Shown here in pieces: positions 1 to 10,923 of a stretch of 64,000 nt of DNA (within the stretch, counting starts at the first letter, position 1; each line of letters begins with the position of its first letter). Origin of the DNA: Candidatus Eiseniibacteriota bacterium (lineage in GTDB: Bacteria; Eisenbacteria; RBG-16-71-46; SZUA-252); contig JBBTHR010000019.1 in the NCBI GenBank assembly GCA_038060295.1, forward strand, positions 1,582-65,581. Direction: 5' to 3'. A program made the translations under genes and the position numbers. The notes under the pieces were generated by a model, which saw nothing but the letters and a program-made list of their open reading frames with translations, ran no database searches and was not told the DNA's origin.

Positions 1-1628
1 TCTACTCGGGCGTCCAGGACGCGCTGATGCAGTGGTGGTACGGGCACAACGCGGTAGCCTTCTTCCTGACGACGCCGTTCCTGGGCCTGATGTACTACTT
101 CATGCCGAAGGCGGCCGATCGGCCCGTCTTCTCCTACCGGCTCTCCATCCTCCACTTCTGGACGCTGGTCTTCATGTACATCTGGGCCGGCCCGCATCAT
201 CTCCACTACACGGCGCTCCCCGAGTGGGCCTCCACGCTCGGGATGCTCTTCTCCGTGATGCTCTGGATGCCGTCGTGGGGCGGCATGGTGAACGGGCTCC
301 TGACCCTGCGCGGGGCGTGGCACAAGGTGGTGGAGGATCCGGTCCTCAAGTTCTTTGTCGTCGCCGTCACCGCGTACGGCATGTCGACGTTCGAAGGTCC
401 GATGCTCTCGGTGAAGAGCGTGAACGCGCTGGCGCACTACACCGACTGGATCATCGCGCACGTTCACACCGGGGCCCTGGGGTGGAACGGATTCCTCACG
501 TTCGGAATGATCTACTGGCTCCTCCCGCGGGTCTTCCAGACGAAGCTCTTCAGCACCAAGCTGGCGGAAGCGCACTTCTGGTTCGGGACTTTCGGCATGC
601 TCCTCTACGTCGCGGCCATCTACAGCGCCGGCTTGACGCAGGGGCTCATGTGGCGCGCCTTCGACGAAACCGGCCGCCTTCAGTTCCCCGATTTCATCGA
701 GACGACCGTCAAGCTCCTGCCGATGTACTGGGTCCGCGTGCTCGGCGGCAGCCTCTACATCGTCGGCATGCTCCTCTGCGGGTACAACATTTTCCGCACC
801 TGGATGGCGCGACCGAAGACATACGAGGAGCCGGTCATCCAGGCGCCGGCGCTGGTGAAGCGCGCTCCGGCGCCGGAGCACGCGCCGGCCGGGCAGCCGG
901 GCAATCTCTGGGCCACCTTTACGTCGGTCCGGTGGCACCGGAAGTGGGAGGGCCTCCCCGTCACGTTCACGGTGCTGACGGTCCTCACGGTGGTCGTGGC
1001 GTCGCTCTTCGAGATCGTTCCGACGTTTCTCATCCGCTCGAACGTCCCGACCATCGCGGCCGTGAAGCCGTACACGCCGCTCGAGCTGGCGGGACGCGAT
1101 CTCTACATCCGCGAAGGGTGCTTCAACTGCCATTCCCAGATGGTCCGCCCGCTACGGCACGAGACCGAGCGTTTCGGCGAGTATTCGAAGCCGGGCGAGT
1201 TCGTCTACGACCACCCCTTCCTCTGGGGATCGCGCCGCATCGGGCCCGACCTGGCCCGCGAGGGGGGCAAGTACAGCGACATCTGGCACGTGCGCCACAT
1301 GGAGGAGCCGCGCTCGATCGCCGCGCGCTCGATCATGCCGCCCTATCCGCACCTGTCGCGCCAGAAGCTCGATTTCGATGGAATTCAGAGCCGTGTCGAC
1401 GCGATGTCGATGCTCGGCGTGCCGTACGGCGAAGCGGTGAATCACGCGCCGGCGATCGCCCGGGAACAGGCGGGCGCCGTGGCCGCCGCCATCGCGGAGC
1501 AGGGCGGGCCGCGCGGGCTGGAAGATAAGGAGATCACCGCGCTCATCGCCTATCTCCAGCGGCTCGGCACCGACATCAAGAAGCCGACGCTCACGCTGGG
1601 AGATGCCCCGGCGGAGGGAGGCCGGTAG
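1..1628 (+). CDS. ccoNO: cbb3-type cytochrome c oxidase subunit I/II fusion (CcoN-CcoO). It is 5'-partial and the gene continues upstream of the window.
   Basis: The translation carries the CcoN C-terminal helices ([30 protein letters not shown]). These are followed in the same frame by the CcoO monoheme motif [11 protein letters not shown] and [12 protein letters not shown]. The reading frame is open from base 3 with no upstream stop. Confidence 0.9.
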   Translation, partial: YSGVQDALMQWWYGHNAVAFFLTTPFLGLMYYFMPKAADRPVFSYRLSILHFWTLVFMYIWAGPHHLHYTALPEWASTLGMLFSVMLWMPSWGGMVNGLLTLRGAWHKVVEDPVLKFFVVAVTAYGMSTFEGPMLSVKSVNALAHYTDWIIAHVHTGALGWNGFLTFGMIYWLLPRVFQTKLFSTKLAEAHFWFGTFGMLLYVAAIYSAGLTQGLMWRAFDETGRLQFPDFIETTVKLLPMYWVRVLGGSLYIVGMLLCGYNIFRTWMARPKTYEEPVIQAPALVKRAPAPEHAPAGQPGNLWATFTSVRWHRKWEGLPVTFTVLTVLTVVVASLFEIVPTFLIRSNVPTIAAVKPYTPLELAGRDLYIREGCFNCHSQMVRPLRHETERFGEYSKPGEFVYDHPFLWGSRRIGPDLAREGGKYSDIWHVRHMEEPRSIAARSIMPPYPHLSRQKLDFDGIQSRVDAMSMLGVPYGEAVNHAPAIAREQAGAVAAAIAEQGGPRGLEDKEITALIAYLQRLGTDIKKPTLTLGDAPAEGGR

Positions 1629-1629
1629 C

Positions 1630-1839
1630 ATGAAGCTCTCCGACATCATGGGAAATTCGGGACTGGCGCTCTATGCGGAGATCGCGCTGGTTCTCTTCAT
1701 CGTCGTCTTCGTGGCGATCGTCGTTCAAATCTTCGCCACGCGCCGTTCCGACATGGACCGTCAAGCCCGGCTACCGCTGGACGATGGCGAACGCCCGGCG
1801 AAGGAGAACAAACCGGTGAAGGAGAATCATCATGATTGA
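1630..1839 (+). CDS. ccoQ: CcoQ-like small membrane subunit of cbb3 oxidase
   Basis: A 69-aa protein with a single TM helix (LALYAEIALVLFIVVFVAIVVQIF) followed by RRSD...LPLDD, resembling FixQ/CcoQ. It sits between ccoNO and ccoP. Confidence 0.55.
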   Translation: MKLSDIMGNSGLALYAEIALVLFIVVFVAIVVQIFATRRSDMDRQARLPLDDGERPAKENKPVKENHHD

Positions 1840-2461
1840 GAATCCCCCGGGCGCGCCGGAGGAGGATCGCCTCCTCGACCACGAGGTCGACGGCATTCGG
1901 GAGTACGACAATCCGATGCCACGCTGGTGGCTCTACATCCTCTACGCCACGATTCTCTATGCCGCGATCTACGCGCTGAACATCATCCCCGGCGTCGGGA
2001 CCGGTCGGGGGCGGATCGCGAACTACGAAACCGAGATGGCGGCGATGCGAAGCGCGCGGGAGGCGGCCGCGGCGAGCGCCGGGCCGGTCACGCCCGAGGC
2101 GATCATGGCCGTCGTGGCGGATGCCGGAGCGCTGGCGAAAGGGCGGGAGCGCTTCAAGGCGACCTGCGCCCCGTGCCATCGCGAGGACGGCGGCGGCAAC
2201 ATCGGCCCGAATCTCACCGACGATTTCTGGATTCACGGCGGGCAGCCCCTCCAGATTCTCACGACCGTGAACGAAGGCATGGTGGCGAAGGGAATGCCGG
2301 CGTGGGGGCAGGTGCTGAAGCCGGACGAGATCACCGCGGTCGTCGCCTACGTGACGACGCTCCGAGGGACGAACCCGGCCAACGCGAAGGCTCCGCAGGG
2401 GGACCGCGCCGTCTCGGGAACCGCGGCCGCCGGCGCGGACTCCGCGAAGGCCTCGCCGTGA
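1832..2461 (+). CDS. ccoP: cbb3 oxidase subunit III CcoP, monoheme form
   Basis: An N-terminal DNPMPRWW motif and a TM helix, with a single CxxCH (CAPCH) and GMPAWG. Only one heme-binding site is present instead of the usual two. Confidence 0.8.
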   Translation: MIENPPGAPEEDRLLDHEVDGIREYDNPMPRWWLYILYATILYAAIYALNIIPGVGTGRGRIANYETEMAAMRSAREAAAASAGPVTPEAIMAVVADAGALAKGRERFKATCAPCHREDGGGNIGPNLTDDFWIHGGQPLQILTTVNEGMVAKGMPAWGQVLKPDEITAVVAYVTTLRGTNPANAKAPQGDRAVSGTAAAGADSAKASP

Positions 2462-2465
2462 GATC

Positions 2466-3941
2466 GTGATGTCCGCCGCGACGGGCGCCGCGCATCCGCC
2501 CAGGGGGCCGATGGCCTCGCCTCCGGGGCGCGTCCTCTCCACGCTCAACGAAGACGGTTCCCGCCGCCGCATCCGGCCCCGCTTCTCCAAGGGCCGCTAT
2601 CACCTCCGTCGCCGCCTGACGGCCTACGCCCTGATGCTGATCTTCTTCCTCATCCCCTATCTGAGGATGGGGGGGAAGCCGCTCATCCTTCTCGATCTCC
2701 CTCGTCGTGAATTCACCCTCTTCGGCACGACCTTCCTGTCGACCGAGACGGTGCTCTTCATGTTCCTCTCCATCGGGCTCATCCTGCTCATTTTCCTCGC
2801 CACGGCGCTGCTGGGACGCGTCTGGTGCGGCTGGGGGTGTCCCCAGACGGTCTACATGGAGTACCTCTTCCGTCCGGTGGAGTACTGGCTGGAAGGGGGA
2901 TGGCGTGGGGCGAAGAAGCTCGATCGGAAGAAGGGGATTCACGCGAGGCGGCTGGCGAAGCAGGCGATCTACCTCGTCCTCTCCATGTTCCTGGCGCACA
3001 CGTTTCTGGCCTACTTCGTCGGCATCGAGCGCTTGGCCCAATGGGTGCAGCGCTCTCCGGTGGAGCACCCGACGTCGTTCTTGGTCATGCTCGGGACGAC
3101 GCTCCTCATCTTCGCCGACTTCGCCTGGTTCCGCGAGCAGACCTGCCTCGTCGCCTGCCCTTACGGGCGCCTGCAGTCGGTCCTGCTCGACCGCCGCTCC
3201 CTCATCATTGGGTACGACACCAAGCGGGGCGAGCCGCGCCAGAAGGGGATTCTGGAACGACCCTCCACGGCGGGGGACTGCGTGGCGTGCCAGCTCTGCG
3301 TCCTCACCTGCCCGACCGGCATCGACATTCGCGAGGGGCTGCAGATGGAGTGCATCCACTGCACCCAGTGCGCCGACGCGTGCGACTCGGTGATGCTCCG
3401 CGTCGGAAAGCCGCCCGGCCTGATCCGCTACGGCTCACGGGACGAGTTCGAAGGGCGGATGAGTTCCGGGTCCCGCCCCCGGGTCATCCTCTATCCGCTG
3501 GCGCTGGCGGTCACGATCGGGGCCTTCGTCTGGCTCCTCGGCACGCGCGCCGACGCCGAGGTGACGATCCTCCGAGGCCTGGGAGATCCCTACACGCTCC
3601 AGGCCGACGCCGCCGTGGCGAATCATATCCGCATCAAGGTGGCGAATCGCGGCAGGAGCGACCGCGCCTACCGCATCGCCATCGAGGGAGCGCCGGAGGC
3701 GACGGTGATCGCGCCGATGAACCCGCTCTCGGTTCCGGCGGGGGAGACGCGGAGCACCAGTGTCTTCGTGGTTCTGCCTCGCAAGTCGTTCGTGAAGGGA
3801 GAACATGCCGCCTCGGTCTCGCTGAGCGACGGCGATCGCTTCTCGGCGACTCTTCCATACCGGCTGCTGGGGCCGGAGAGCGACGATGACGACGACGACG
3901 ACGACGACGGGGATACGCCCGAGGGAGGAACGACGCCATGA
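2466..3941 (+). CDS. ccoG: CcoG/FixG 4Fe-4S ferredoxin-type cbb3 assembly protein with a C-terminal poly-Asp tail
   Basis: Contains the motifs CGWGCPQT, CVACQLCVLTCPTGIDIREG and ECIHCTQCADACD. The C-terminus ends with nine consecutive Asp residues. Confidence 0.85.
   Translation: MMSAATGAAHPPRGPMASPPGRVLSTLNEDGSRRRIRPRFSKGRYHLRRRLTAYALMLIFFLIPYLRMGGKPLILLDLPRREFTLFGTTFLSTETVLFMFLSIGLILLIFLATALLGRVWCGWGCPQTVYMEYLFRPVEYWLEGGWRGAKKLDRKKGIHARRLAKQAIYLVLSMFLAHTFLAYFVGIERLAQWVQRSPVEHPTSFLVMLGTTLLIFADFAWFREQTCLVACPYGRLQSVLLDRRSLIIGYDTKRGEPRQKGILERPSTAGDCVACQLCVLTCPTGIDIREGLQMECIHCTQCADACDSVMLRVGKPPGLIRYGSRDEFEGRMSSGSRPRVILYPLALAVTIGAFVWLLGTRADAEVTILRGLGDPYTLQADAAVANHIRIKVANRGRSDRAYRIAIEGAPEATVIAPMNPLSVPAGETRSTSVFVVLPRKSFVKGEHAASVSLSDGDRFSATLPYRLLGPESDDDDDDDDDGDTPEGGTTP
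3882..3908 (+). repeat. (GAC)n trinucleotide tract, nine Asp codons (GAC GAT GACx7) inside the ccoG 3' end
   Basis: Direct read: gacgatgacgacgacgacgacgacgac. Confidence 0.9.
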
Positions 3942-4414
3942 AACCAGCCGCGCTCTGGCCGGCCGCCGTCATCGGGGCCCTCGTCGTGACGGTTGCCGCG
4001 AACGTCGTTCTCCTGATGGCGGCGAACGATCCGCGACACTCGGCGGTCGAACCGAATTACTATCGGAAGGCGGTCGCCTGGGATTCCACCATGGCCCAGC
4101 AGGGACGGAACGAGGCGCTCGGCTGGAGCATCGCCGCGACGTTGGAGGCCACCGCCGAGGGAGCGATCGTGCGCGCCCAGATATCCGACCGCGCGGCGGC
4201 TCCCCTGTCGGGCGCCCGGGTCACGCTCGAGGGAATTCACAATCTCGATTCGGGGCGCCGCGTTCTCGGTGAGCTTCGGGAGACCGGGCCGGGCGCCTAC
4301 GAGGCGGTCTTGCCGCTGCGGAGGGCCGGTCTCTGGGAGCTTCGCTTCACCGTGGATCGCCAAGGAGAACAGTTCACCGCCGACCTGAGGCGGGATCTGA
4401 ACCATCGGCCATGA
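3938..4414 (+). CDS. ccoH: FixH/CcoH family protein
   Basis: An N-terminal TM helix and NDPRHSAVEPNYYRKAVAWD, typical of FixH. Its position between ccoG and ccoI supports the call. Confidence 0.7.
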   Translation: MKPAALWPAAVIGALVVTVAANVVLLMAANDPRHSAVEPNYYRKAVAWDSTMAQQGRNEALGWSIAATLEATAEGAIVRAQISDRAAAPLSGARVTLEGIHNLDSGRRVLGELRETGPGAYEAVLPLRRAGLWELRFTVDRQGEQFTADLRRDLNHRP

Positions 4415-5172
4415 TCGAACTCGCGGGCGCCGTCCTGGGCGCCACCCTTCTCGGAAGCCCCCATTGCGCCGGCATGTGCGGCGGGTTCGTCTGCTTCGTC
4501 ACGGGGGACGCCTCGGGGCAGCGCCGCTGGCTCGTCCAGGCCGCCTACCATCTCGGCCGGCTCGTCTCCTACGGCACGCTGGGGCTGATCGCCGGGCGAC
4601 TGGGAGAGGGGATCGAGGGCGCGGGAGCCTCCATTGGACTCTTCCGCGCGGCGCCGATCGTGGCCGGAGTCCTCATGATCGTCTGGGGCGGAACGAACCT
4701 GCTCCGCGCCATCGGCGCACGCGCGTCGCGTCCGGCGGCGCCGTCGCCCCTCGGCCGCCTGCTCGCGCCGTTCGTCCGCGGCATGCGCGACTGGCATCCG
4801 CTGGCCCGCGCCTCGGCCATCGGGCTCGTCACGACGGTGATCCCATGCGGATTTCTTTACGGTTTCGTCGCCGTTGCGGGCGGCACCGGATCGCCGCTCG
4901 CCGGTCTTCTCGTCATGATCGTGTTCTGGGCCGGCACTCTTCCCGTCCTGGCGAGTCTCGGCTTCCTGGCCGACCGTGCGCTTGGCGCGCTTCGCGTCCG
5001 GTTGCCGGTCGTCTCGGCGTTGATCCTGATCGTCCTCGGCCTCCTGACCCTCGCCGGGCGGATGCAACCGCTCGGCGCGCACAAGCACCACGCGGCGATT
5101 CCGGTCTCCGGATCGAATCCTTCCCTCGCGCCCAGCTTGCCGTCGCACGCCACGTCGCATGGCGCTCGCTGA
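4411..5172 (+). CDS. DsbD_2/UreH-like polytopic membrane protein with an HCxxMCGG motif
   Basis: LLGSPHCAGMCGGFVCFV followed by multiple TM helices. It lies between ccoH and ccoI and overlaps both neighbours. Confidence 0.55.
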   Translation: MIELAGAVLGATLLGSPHCAGMCGGFVCFVTGDASGQRRWLVQAAYHLGRLVSYGTLGLIAGRLGEGIEGAGASIGLFRAAPIVAGVLMIVWGGTNLLRAIGARASRPAAPSPLGRLLAPFVRGMRDWHPLARASAIGLVTTVIPCGFLYGFVAVAGGTGSPLAGLLVMIVFWAGTLPVLASLGFLADRALGALRVRLPVVSALILIVLGLLTLAGRMQPLGAHKHHAAIPVSGSNPSLAPSLPSHATSHGAR

Positions 5173-7597
5173 GGCCCCGTTCCGCGAGGCCGCGGCGCGC
5201 GAGGGCGAGCCGGGCGTTCGTTGCACGCACTGCGGGCTTCCGGTCCCCTCGGGGATGGAGGCGGGCGGCATCGGCGAGCCGATCTTCTGCTGCGCCGGCT
5301 GCGCCACGGTCTACGGAATCCTCCGCGAGGGGGGGCTCGACGCCTACTACCAGATGGCCGAGCGCCGGCAAGCGCCGGTCTCGGCGACCGGCCGCCGATT
5401 CGAGGAATTCGACCACCCCTCCTACCACGAACTCTACGTGACCGCGCGGCCCGACGGCCTTCTCGAGACCTACTTCTACCTGGAGGGGGTCGCCTGCGGC
5501 TCGTGCGTCTGGCTCGTCGAGCGTGTGCCGCTCCTGGTTCCGGGGATGTCGCGCGCCGAGCTCGACGCGCGCCGCGCCCGCGTGCTGGTGGTCTGGGACG
5601 GCGCGAGCGTGGCGCTCTCCTCCATCGCGCGCACGCTCGACACGCTCGGCTATCGCCCGCATCCCTATCGCGGTCTTCGCGCCGAGGCGCTCCGCCGTTC
5701 GGAGGATCGCGCGGCACTGGCCAGGATCGGCGTGGCCGGCGCCATCGCCGTGAACACGATGCTCGCCGCGCTGGCGCTCTACAGCGGCTGGCTGACCGGC
5801 ATGGAGCCGGCCTACGAGCGCTACTTCCGCTGGATCAGCCTCCTCCTCGTGACGCCGGCCATGTTCGGACCCGGCCTCGTCTTCTTCCGCGGCGCCTGGG
5901 GCGCCATCCGGACGCGATCGCTTCACATGGATCTCCCGATTGCCATCGCGCTCGCGGCGGGCTACGGCCGCGGGCTGACGAACACGGTCACCGATTCCGG
6001 GCCGATCTACTTCGACGGCGTCACGCTTCTCATCTTCCTCCTCCTCGTCGGGCGCTTCCTGCAGCAGCGGGCGCAGCGCGCCGCCGGCGACTCGGCCGAA
6101 CTCCTCTACTCGCTCTCGCCCTCGACCGCCCGCGTGGTGGAGGGGGAGACGGCGAGAGAGATTCCGGTCGAGGCGCTCCTCCCGGGGATGATCGTCGAGG
6201 TGCGCGCGGACGAGACGCTCCCCGCGGACGGCGTCGTCGTGGAGGGCCGCTCGGCGCTCGACCTCTCGCTCCTGACCGGAGAGTCGCGGCTGGCGACGGT
6301 GGAGATGGGCGCACCCGTCTTCGCCGGCACGGTGAACCGCGGCGCGCGACTCCGGATGCGGGTCGATCGCGCGGGCGAGGCGACCCGGCTCGGGCGGATC
6401 CTCCGGGAGGCCGAGGCGGGGGCGTTGCGCCGCGCGCCGGTCGTGGCGCTGGCCGACCGTATGTCGGGCGCCTTCGTCCTCGCGGTCCTGGCGCTCGCGC
6501 TCGCCACGCTCGCGCTCTGGTGGCGGACGTCTCCCTCCTTCGCCGTCGATCAGGCGATTGCGCTCCTGATCGTGACCTGTCCCTGCGCGCTCGCGCTCGC
6601 CACGCCGCTCGCCGTGTCGGTGGCGATCGGGCGGGCGGCGCGCTCTGGGATTCTCGTGCGAGGCGGAGCGGCGCTCGAGTCGCTGGCCCGCCCCGGCACG
6701 ATCTTTCTCGACAAGACTGGAACCGTCACCGAGGGGCGCACGGCGCTTTTGAGCTGGGAGGGACCGGAGGACGCCAAGCCGCTGGTTCTGGCGCTGGAGC
6801 GGCATTCGTCCCATCCGCTCGCCCGGGGGTTCGAGGCTGCATGGGCGGGAATCGCGGCGCCCGAGGCGACCGAGGCGCTGTACACGGCCGGTGGAGGGCT
6901 GGAGGGCGTCGTGGGCGGCTGCCGCGTCGTCGTCGGTTCGCCGGCGTTCGTAGCCGCGAGCGCGAAGGCCGGAGCGCAGGCCGCGGAGAGCGGCGAGGGG
7001 ACTCCGGTATGGGTCGCGGTCGACGGGGAGGTGGTCGGGCGCGCGCGCTTCGGCGACAAGGTCCGCGCCGACGCCGGCGAGTCGCTGGCATGGCTTCGCG
7101 CGCGCGGCTTCACGCCGAGGCTTCTCTCGGGGGACGATCCCTCGGTCGTCGCCTCGGTCGGCGCCGCGCTGGGATTCGCTCCCGACGCCTGCCGCGGCGC
7201 CGCGACGCCGGAGGAGAAGCTCCGCGTCGTGGAGGAGGAATCGCGGCGCGGCCCCGTCGTCATGGTGGGGGACGGAGTCAACGATGCCGCGGCCATCGCG
7301 CGGGCCACGGTCGGAGTCGGCGTGAGCGGAGGCGCGGAAGCCTCGCTGGCGGCGGCCGACGTCTACCTGACCCGCCCGGGACTCGGCAGCCTCGTCGCGC
7401 TGGTCGACGGCGCCCAGCGGACACTCCACGTGATTCGCCGGAACATCGTCTTCTCGATCGCCTACAATCTGGTCGGCGCGGGTCTGGCGATGGCGGGGCT
7501 GATCAATCCCCTCCTGGCCGCGATTCTAATGCCGGCCAGTTCCATGACCGTCGTGCTGGCCTCCTGGAAGAGCACCACGTTCGAGACGAAATCATGA
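5159..7597 (+). CDS. ccoI: Copper-translocating P1B-type ATPase CcoI/FixI
   Basis: An N-terminal Cys-rich metal-binding region ([29 protein letters not shown]). The transmembrane CPC, DKTGT and GDGVND motifs are present. Confidence 0.85.
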   Translation: MALAEAPFREAAAREGEPGVRCTHCGLPVPSGMEAGGIGEPIFCCAGCATVYGILREGGLDAYYQMAERRQAPVSATGRRFEEFDHPSYHELYVTARPDGLLETYFYLEGVACGSCVWLVERVPLLVPGMSRAELDARRARVLVVWDGASVALSSIARTLDTLGYRPHPYRGLRAEALRRSEDRAALARIGVAGAIAVNTMLAALALYSGWLTGMEPAYERYFRWISLLLVTPAMFGPGLVFFRGAWGAIRTRSLHMDLPIAIALAAGYGRGLTNTVTDSGPIYFDGVTLLIFLLLVGRFLQQRAQRAAGDSAELLYSLSPSTARVVEGETAREIPVEALLPGMIVEVRADETLPADGVVVEGRSALDLSLLTGESRLATVEMGAPVFAGTVNRGARLRMRVDRAGEATRLGRILREAEAGALRRAPVVALADRMSGAFVLAVLALALATLALWWRTSPSFAVDQAIALLIVTCPCALALATPLAVSVAIGRAARSGILVRGGAALESLARPGTIFLDKTGTVTEGRTALLSWEGPEDAKPLVLALERHSSHPLARGFEAAWAGIAAPEATEALYTAGGGLEGVVGGCRVVVGSPAFVAASAKAGAQAAESGEGTPVWVAVDGEVVGRARFGDKVRADAGESLAWLRARGFTPRLLSGDDPSVVASVGAALGFAPDACRGAATPEEKLRVVEEESRRGPVVMVGDGVNDAAAIARATVGVGVSGGAEASLAAADVYLTRPGLGSLVALVDGAQRTLHVIRRNIVFSIAYNLVGAGLAMAGLINPLLAAILMPASSMTVVLASWKSTTFETKS

Positions 7598-7782
7598 GCG
7601 TTCTCTACATCGTCCTCCCGCTTGCGCTCCTCGTCGTGGGTGTCGCGGTGTTCGCGTTCGTCTGGGCGGCGAAGCGGGGCCAGTTCGACGATCTGGAAAC
7701 GCCGGCGATCCGCGCGCTCCACGACGATCCCGCCGCGCGGGCGCACGAAGAGCCCAAGAGCCCACGCCGCGAGAAGCCGTGA
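7594..7782 (+). CDS. ccoS: CcoS/FixS cbb3 oxidase maturation protein
   Basis: A 62-aa protein, [33 protein letters not shown]. The ATG at 7594 overlaps the ccoI stop. Confidence 0.7.
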   Translation: MSVLYIVLPLALLVVGVAVFAFVWAAKRGQFDDLETPAIRALHDDPAARAHEEPKSPRREKP

Positions 7783-7820
7783 CCACCTCGACCGCCTTGA
7801 TCCCCACAAAGGAGGAACCG

Positions 7821-8555
7821 ATGACGATGAGCGCACCCCGAACTCGGCGTGGGCCCGGGGCCGGCAGGCCGCTCGCCGCGATTCTCTTCTGGTTCGCCGT
7901 CGCCGCGCCCGTCGCCCGCGCGGCCAATCCGGCGCCCGCGCCGCAGGGGGTCCGCTACGTCTACCTGATCCGCCACGGCACGTACGAAAGCGTCGACTCG
8001 CTCGACGATCGCGTCGCGAACGGCGTGAACGCCCTGGGGCGGGAGCAGGCCCGGCTCCTGGGAAAGCGCCTTGCCGGACTCCCCGTGAAGCCTAGCCTCC
8101 TCGTGAGCAGCGATCTGACGCGCGCGCGCGAGACCGCCGACGAGATCGGCGCACTGCTCCACGTGACGGCGGAGCCCGACACGCTGATCGCCGAATGTTT
8201 GCCGCCTTCGTCGCGCCCGGGGTTCGACCAGGAGCACGACGCCGCCGAGATGGCGCTCTGCGCGGCGACCCTCGAGGCCGCCTGGGCCAAGTACTGCCGC
8301 CCCTCGCCCGAGCGGGATGTCCACGACATTCTGGTCTGCCACGGAAACGTGATCCGGTGGTTCGTGAATCGAGCGCTGGGGAACGACGTCCGTCACTGGA
8401 CATCTCTAGACATCGGGAACGGCTCGCTGACCATCCTCGCGGTGCGTCCCGATGGAACGACACGCCTCGTGATGTACAGCGATGTGGGGCACCTGCCGGT
8501 GGAGAAGCAGACTTGGGTGGGACGCGGAGCGGGATGGGGTGCGCCGGCGAAGTAG
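7821..8555 (+). CDS. Histidine phosphatase (phosphoglycerate mutase-like) family protein, secreted
   Basis: A signal peptide followed by the RHG catalytic motif (YLIRHGTY), LTRARETA and VCHGNVIRW. Confidence 0.65.
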   Translation: MTMSAPRTRRGPGAGRPLAAILFWFAVAAPVARAANPAPAPQGVRYVYLIRHGTYESVDSLDDRVANGVNALGREQARLLGKRLAGLPVKPSLLVSSDLTRARETADEIGALLHVTAEPDTLIAECLPPSSRPGFDQEHDAAEMALCAATLEAAWAKYCRPSPERDVHDILVCHGNVIRWFVNRALGNDVRHWTSLDIGNGSLTILAVRPDGTTRLVMYSDVGHLPVEKQTWVGRGAGWGAPAK

Positions 8556-8598
8556 GGCGGCACGCTGGATCCCGCGGGCTAGGTCGGTGCCTGGATCA

Positions 8599-9525
8599 CT
8601 ACCGCGGACGAAGGCGTGCGATCCCGTTCACGATCGGGTAGTCGATGGCGCAGCGACTGCAGGTCACGATCGTCTCGGACCACGTGACGTCGCCCCTGCA
8701 GGCGGGGCAGACGACGACCTCGCGAAGATCGACCCGGCGCCGGGGTCTCGTACGGGCGACGACCGACTTCCCCCAGGCGGCAAGCGATCGCGGAACCAGC
8801 CGCTTGATCTCCGAGATCCAGCGGCGCGGCCAGCGTGACGGCCTCTTCCGCTCCCTCAGTTCGCTCAGCACGGCGAGGAGCGCATCGCTTGCTCCGGCGG
8901 CTGTCGCGGTCGTTTCAGCCATCCGCTCCGCCTCGACTTCGTATCGGATTCGCCCCTCCCACTCGTGACGCACGAGGAGCACGTGGCCGTGGGTGTCGTG
9001 AAATCTCCTGAACTCCGGATCGATGCGTGCCAGTTCATGAAACAGCTGGCCGAACGGAGAGGTGAAGTCTTTCCTGCGGACAACGAGCTTGCCCTGATCT
9101 TCCCTGACGACCGAGCGATGGAACTCCCATCCATAGAGCCACTCCGCGATTTCCGAGGGCGTCTCGATGTATCCCTTGGAGGCGACGCGCATCAATTCCC
9201 GAAGCATCCGCTCCGGCTCCGGCACGTGCTCCAAGACCTGGGCGGCGATCACATAGGCGAAGGCGCCGTCACGGAAGGGGAGAGCCTGGGCGTCTCCCTC
9301 CACGATCGGCCGATCCGCGACGATCTGCCCGCCTCGCTCTCCGTCGTCTTCGATCGCGAAGTCGCAGAGGATGTCCGATCGAGTGCGGGGATTATTGCCG
9401 CTCCCGATCTCCAAGACCAAGTCGGTCGGGCTGATCCTCAAGGTGGCGCCTCCAGTAGCATGGCGAGCGAACTCCGAGCCATCATGTCGCTGCGAGGTGT
9501 ATCGCAGTTGCACGCCGTTTGCCAA
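8599..9525 (-). CDS. Class I SAM-dependent methyltransferase with a C-terminal Trm112-like zinc ribbon
   Basis: The SAM motif LEIGSGNN and the acidic loop VIAAQVLEHV are present. The C-terminus carries CPACRG...CSRC. Confidence 0.65.
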   Translation of the reverse strand: MANGVQLRYTSQRHDGSEFARHATGGATLRISPTDLVLEIGSGNNPRTRSDILCDFAIEDDGERGGQIVADRPIVEGDAQALPFRDGAFAYVIAAQVLEHVPEPERMLRELMRVASKGYIETPSEIAEWLYGWEFHRSVVREDQGKLVVRRKDFTSPFGQLFHELARIDPEFRRFHDTHGHVLLVRHEWEGRIRYEVEAERMAETTATAAGASDALLAVLSELRERKRPSRWPRRWISEIKRLVPRSLAAWGKSVVARTRPRRRVDLREVVVCPACRGDVTWSETIVTCSRCAIDYPIVNGIARLRPR

Positions 9526-9565
9526 GGGGAAGTCCCCGGTTGGCGGCCCCAGGGGCGGGAGGGGG

Positions 9566-10912
9566 TCAGGGGCTCCAGCGCTCGGGGCCCCAGCCGAGCT
9601 TCTTCATCTTCTTGTAGAGGTGGCTCCGCTCCAGGCCGAGCCGCGCCGCCGCCTTCGTCATGCTTCCGCCCTCGGCCAAAAGCGCGCTCTCGATGCGCCC
9701 TCGCTCGAACTCCCGCACCGCCTCCGCGAGTCGCGCCGGCCCCGGCGGAGGGCCTACGGCGGCCTCATCCGCGCGCGGAAGGACCGCGGCCACCTCCTCG
9801 GCGCCGATCCGGGGGCCGCGCGCCATGATCAGGAGACGCTCCACGAGATTCCGAAGCTCGCGCACGTTTCCTGGGAACGAGTAGCGGCGAAGGAGATCCA
9901 GGGCGGCCGGGGCGAAGCGGTGCGGCGGCGCCCCCGCCTCCCTGGCGATCTGACTCGCGAAGTGTTCCACGAGGAGCGGCACGTCCTCGGGGCGATCGCG
10001 AAGCGGGGGCACAGTGATGGGCACGACCGCTAGGCGGTAGTAGAGGTCCTCCCGGAAGCGCCCCTCCTTCACGAGCGTCGCCAGGCCGCGATTCGTCGCC
10101 GCGATGACGCGGACGTCCACCTTGATCGCGCGATTCCCGCCGACGCGGGTCAGTTCCTGCTCTTGGAGAACGCGCAGGAGCTTCGTCTGCGCGCGCTGGC
10201 TCAGATCGCCGACCTCGTCCAGGAAGAGCGTCCCGCCATGGGCGTCCTCGAAGCGTCCCCTCCTCGCCTGCGTGGCCCCGGTGAAGGCGCCACGCTCGTG
10301 TCCGAAGAGTTCCGACTCGATCAGCTCGTCGGGGATGGCCGCGCAGTTCACGGCGACGAAGGAGCGGTCGCGGCGGGGGCTCGCGGCGTGGAGGGCGCGC
10401 GCCACGAGCTCCTTGCCGGTTCCGTTCTCCCCCTCGATCAGCACGCGCGCGCCCCGCTCCCCCGCGACCTCGATCTCCCGTAGGAGCTGCCGCACGGCCG
10501 GAGAGTCGCCGACGATCGGATGCGACGCGTCGCTTCGCAGTCGCCGCAGTTCCGCGCGGAGCGTCAGCGAGGCCGTCGCGTTTCGAAGGAGGATCAGGAG
10601 CCGCTCCAGGGAGAGCGGCTTCTCGAGAAAATCGAACGCCCCGAGCCGTGTAGCCCGCACCGCGGCGTCGATCGTCGCGTGCCCCGACATCATGATGACC
10701 GCCGTCTCGGGATGTCCCGCCAGGATCTCCGGGAGAAGGTCGAGCCCGCTCCCGTCGGGGAGCCAGACATCGAGGAGGACGACGTCGTACGCCTCGCGGA
10801 GCCGCGCCCGCGCCTCGGCCAGATTCGCCGCCACGTCGGTCTGGTAACCGTCCCGGCCCAGCGCGCCTTGCAGGCTGGAGCGGATGTTCGCTTCGTCGTC
10901 GACGAGGAGAAG
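9566..10912 (-). CDS. ntrX: Sigma-54-dependent response regulator, NtrC/NtrX family
   Basis: A REC domain (LLLVDDE...LLDVWLPDGSG) followed by an AAA+ sigma54-interaction domain (GENGTGKE, GAFTGA, ESELFGHE) and a C-terminal HTH. The GTG start is read as MPTLLLVDDE. Confidence 0.85.
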   Translation of the reverse strand, partial: LLLVDDEANIRSSLQGALGRDGYQTDVAANLAEARARLREAYDVVLLDVWLPDGSGLDLLPEILAGHPETAVIMMSGHATIDAAVRATRLGAFDFLEKPLSLERLLILLRNATASLTLRAELRRLRSDASHPIVGDSPAVRQLLREIEVAGERGARVLIEGENGTGKELVARALHAASPRRDRSFVAVNCAAIPDELIESELFGHERGAFTGATQARRGRFEDAHGGTLFLDEVGDLSQRAQTKLLRVLQEQELTRVGGNRAIKVDVRVIAATNRGLATLVKEGRFREDLYYRLAVVPITVPPLRDRPEDVPLLVEHFASQIAREAGAPPHRFAPAALDLLRRYSFPGNVRELRNLVERLLIMARGPRIGAEEVAAVLPRADEAAVGPPPGPARLAEAVREFERGRIESALLAEGGSMTKAAARLGLERSHLYKKMKKLGWGPERWSP

Positions 10913-10923
10913 GGTCGGCACGA

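Noticed and set aside
5221-7782. 853-aa ORF in frame +3 across ccoI. Similar long Arg/Gly-rich ORFs occur at 4464-5441, 4913-7429 (minus) and 4857-5717 (minus).
   Set aside because: They are Arg/Pro/Gly-rich with no motifs. The real gene, ccoI, is in another frame with P-type ATPase signatures. Only the last 62 codons (ccoS) of the +3 ORF are genuine.
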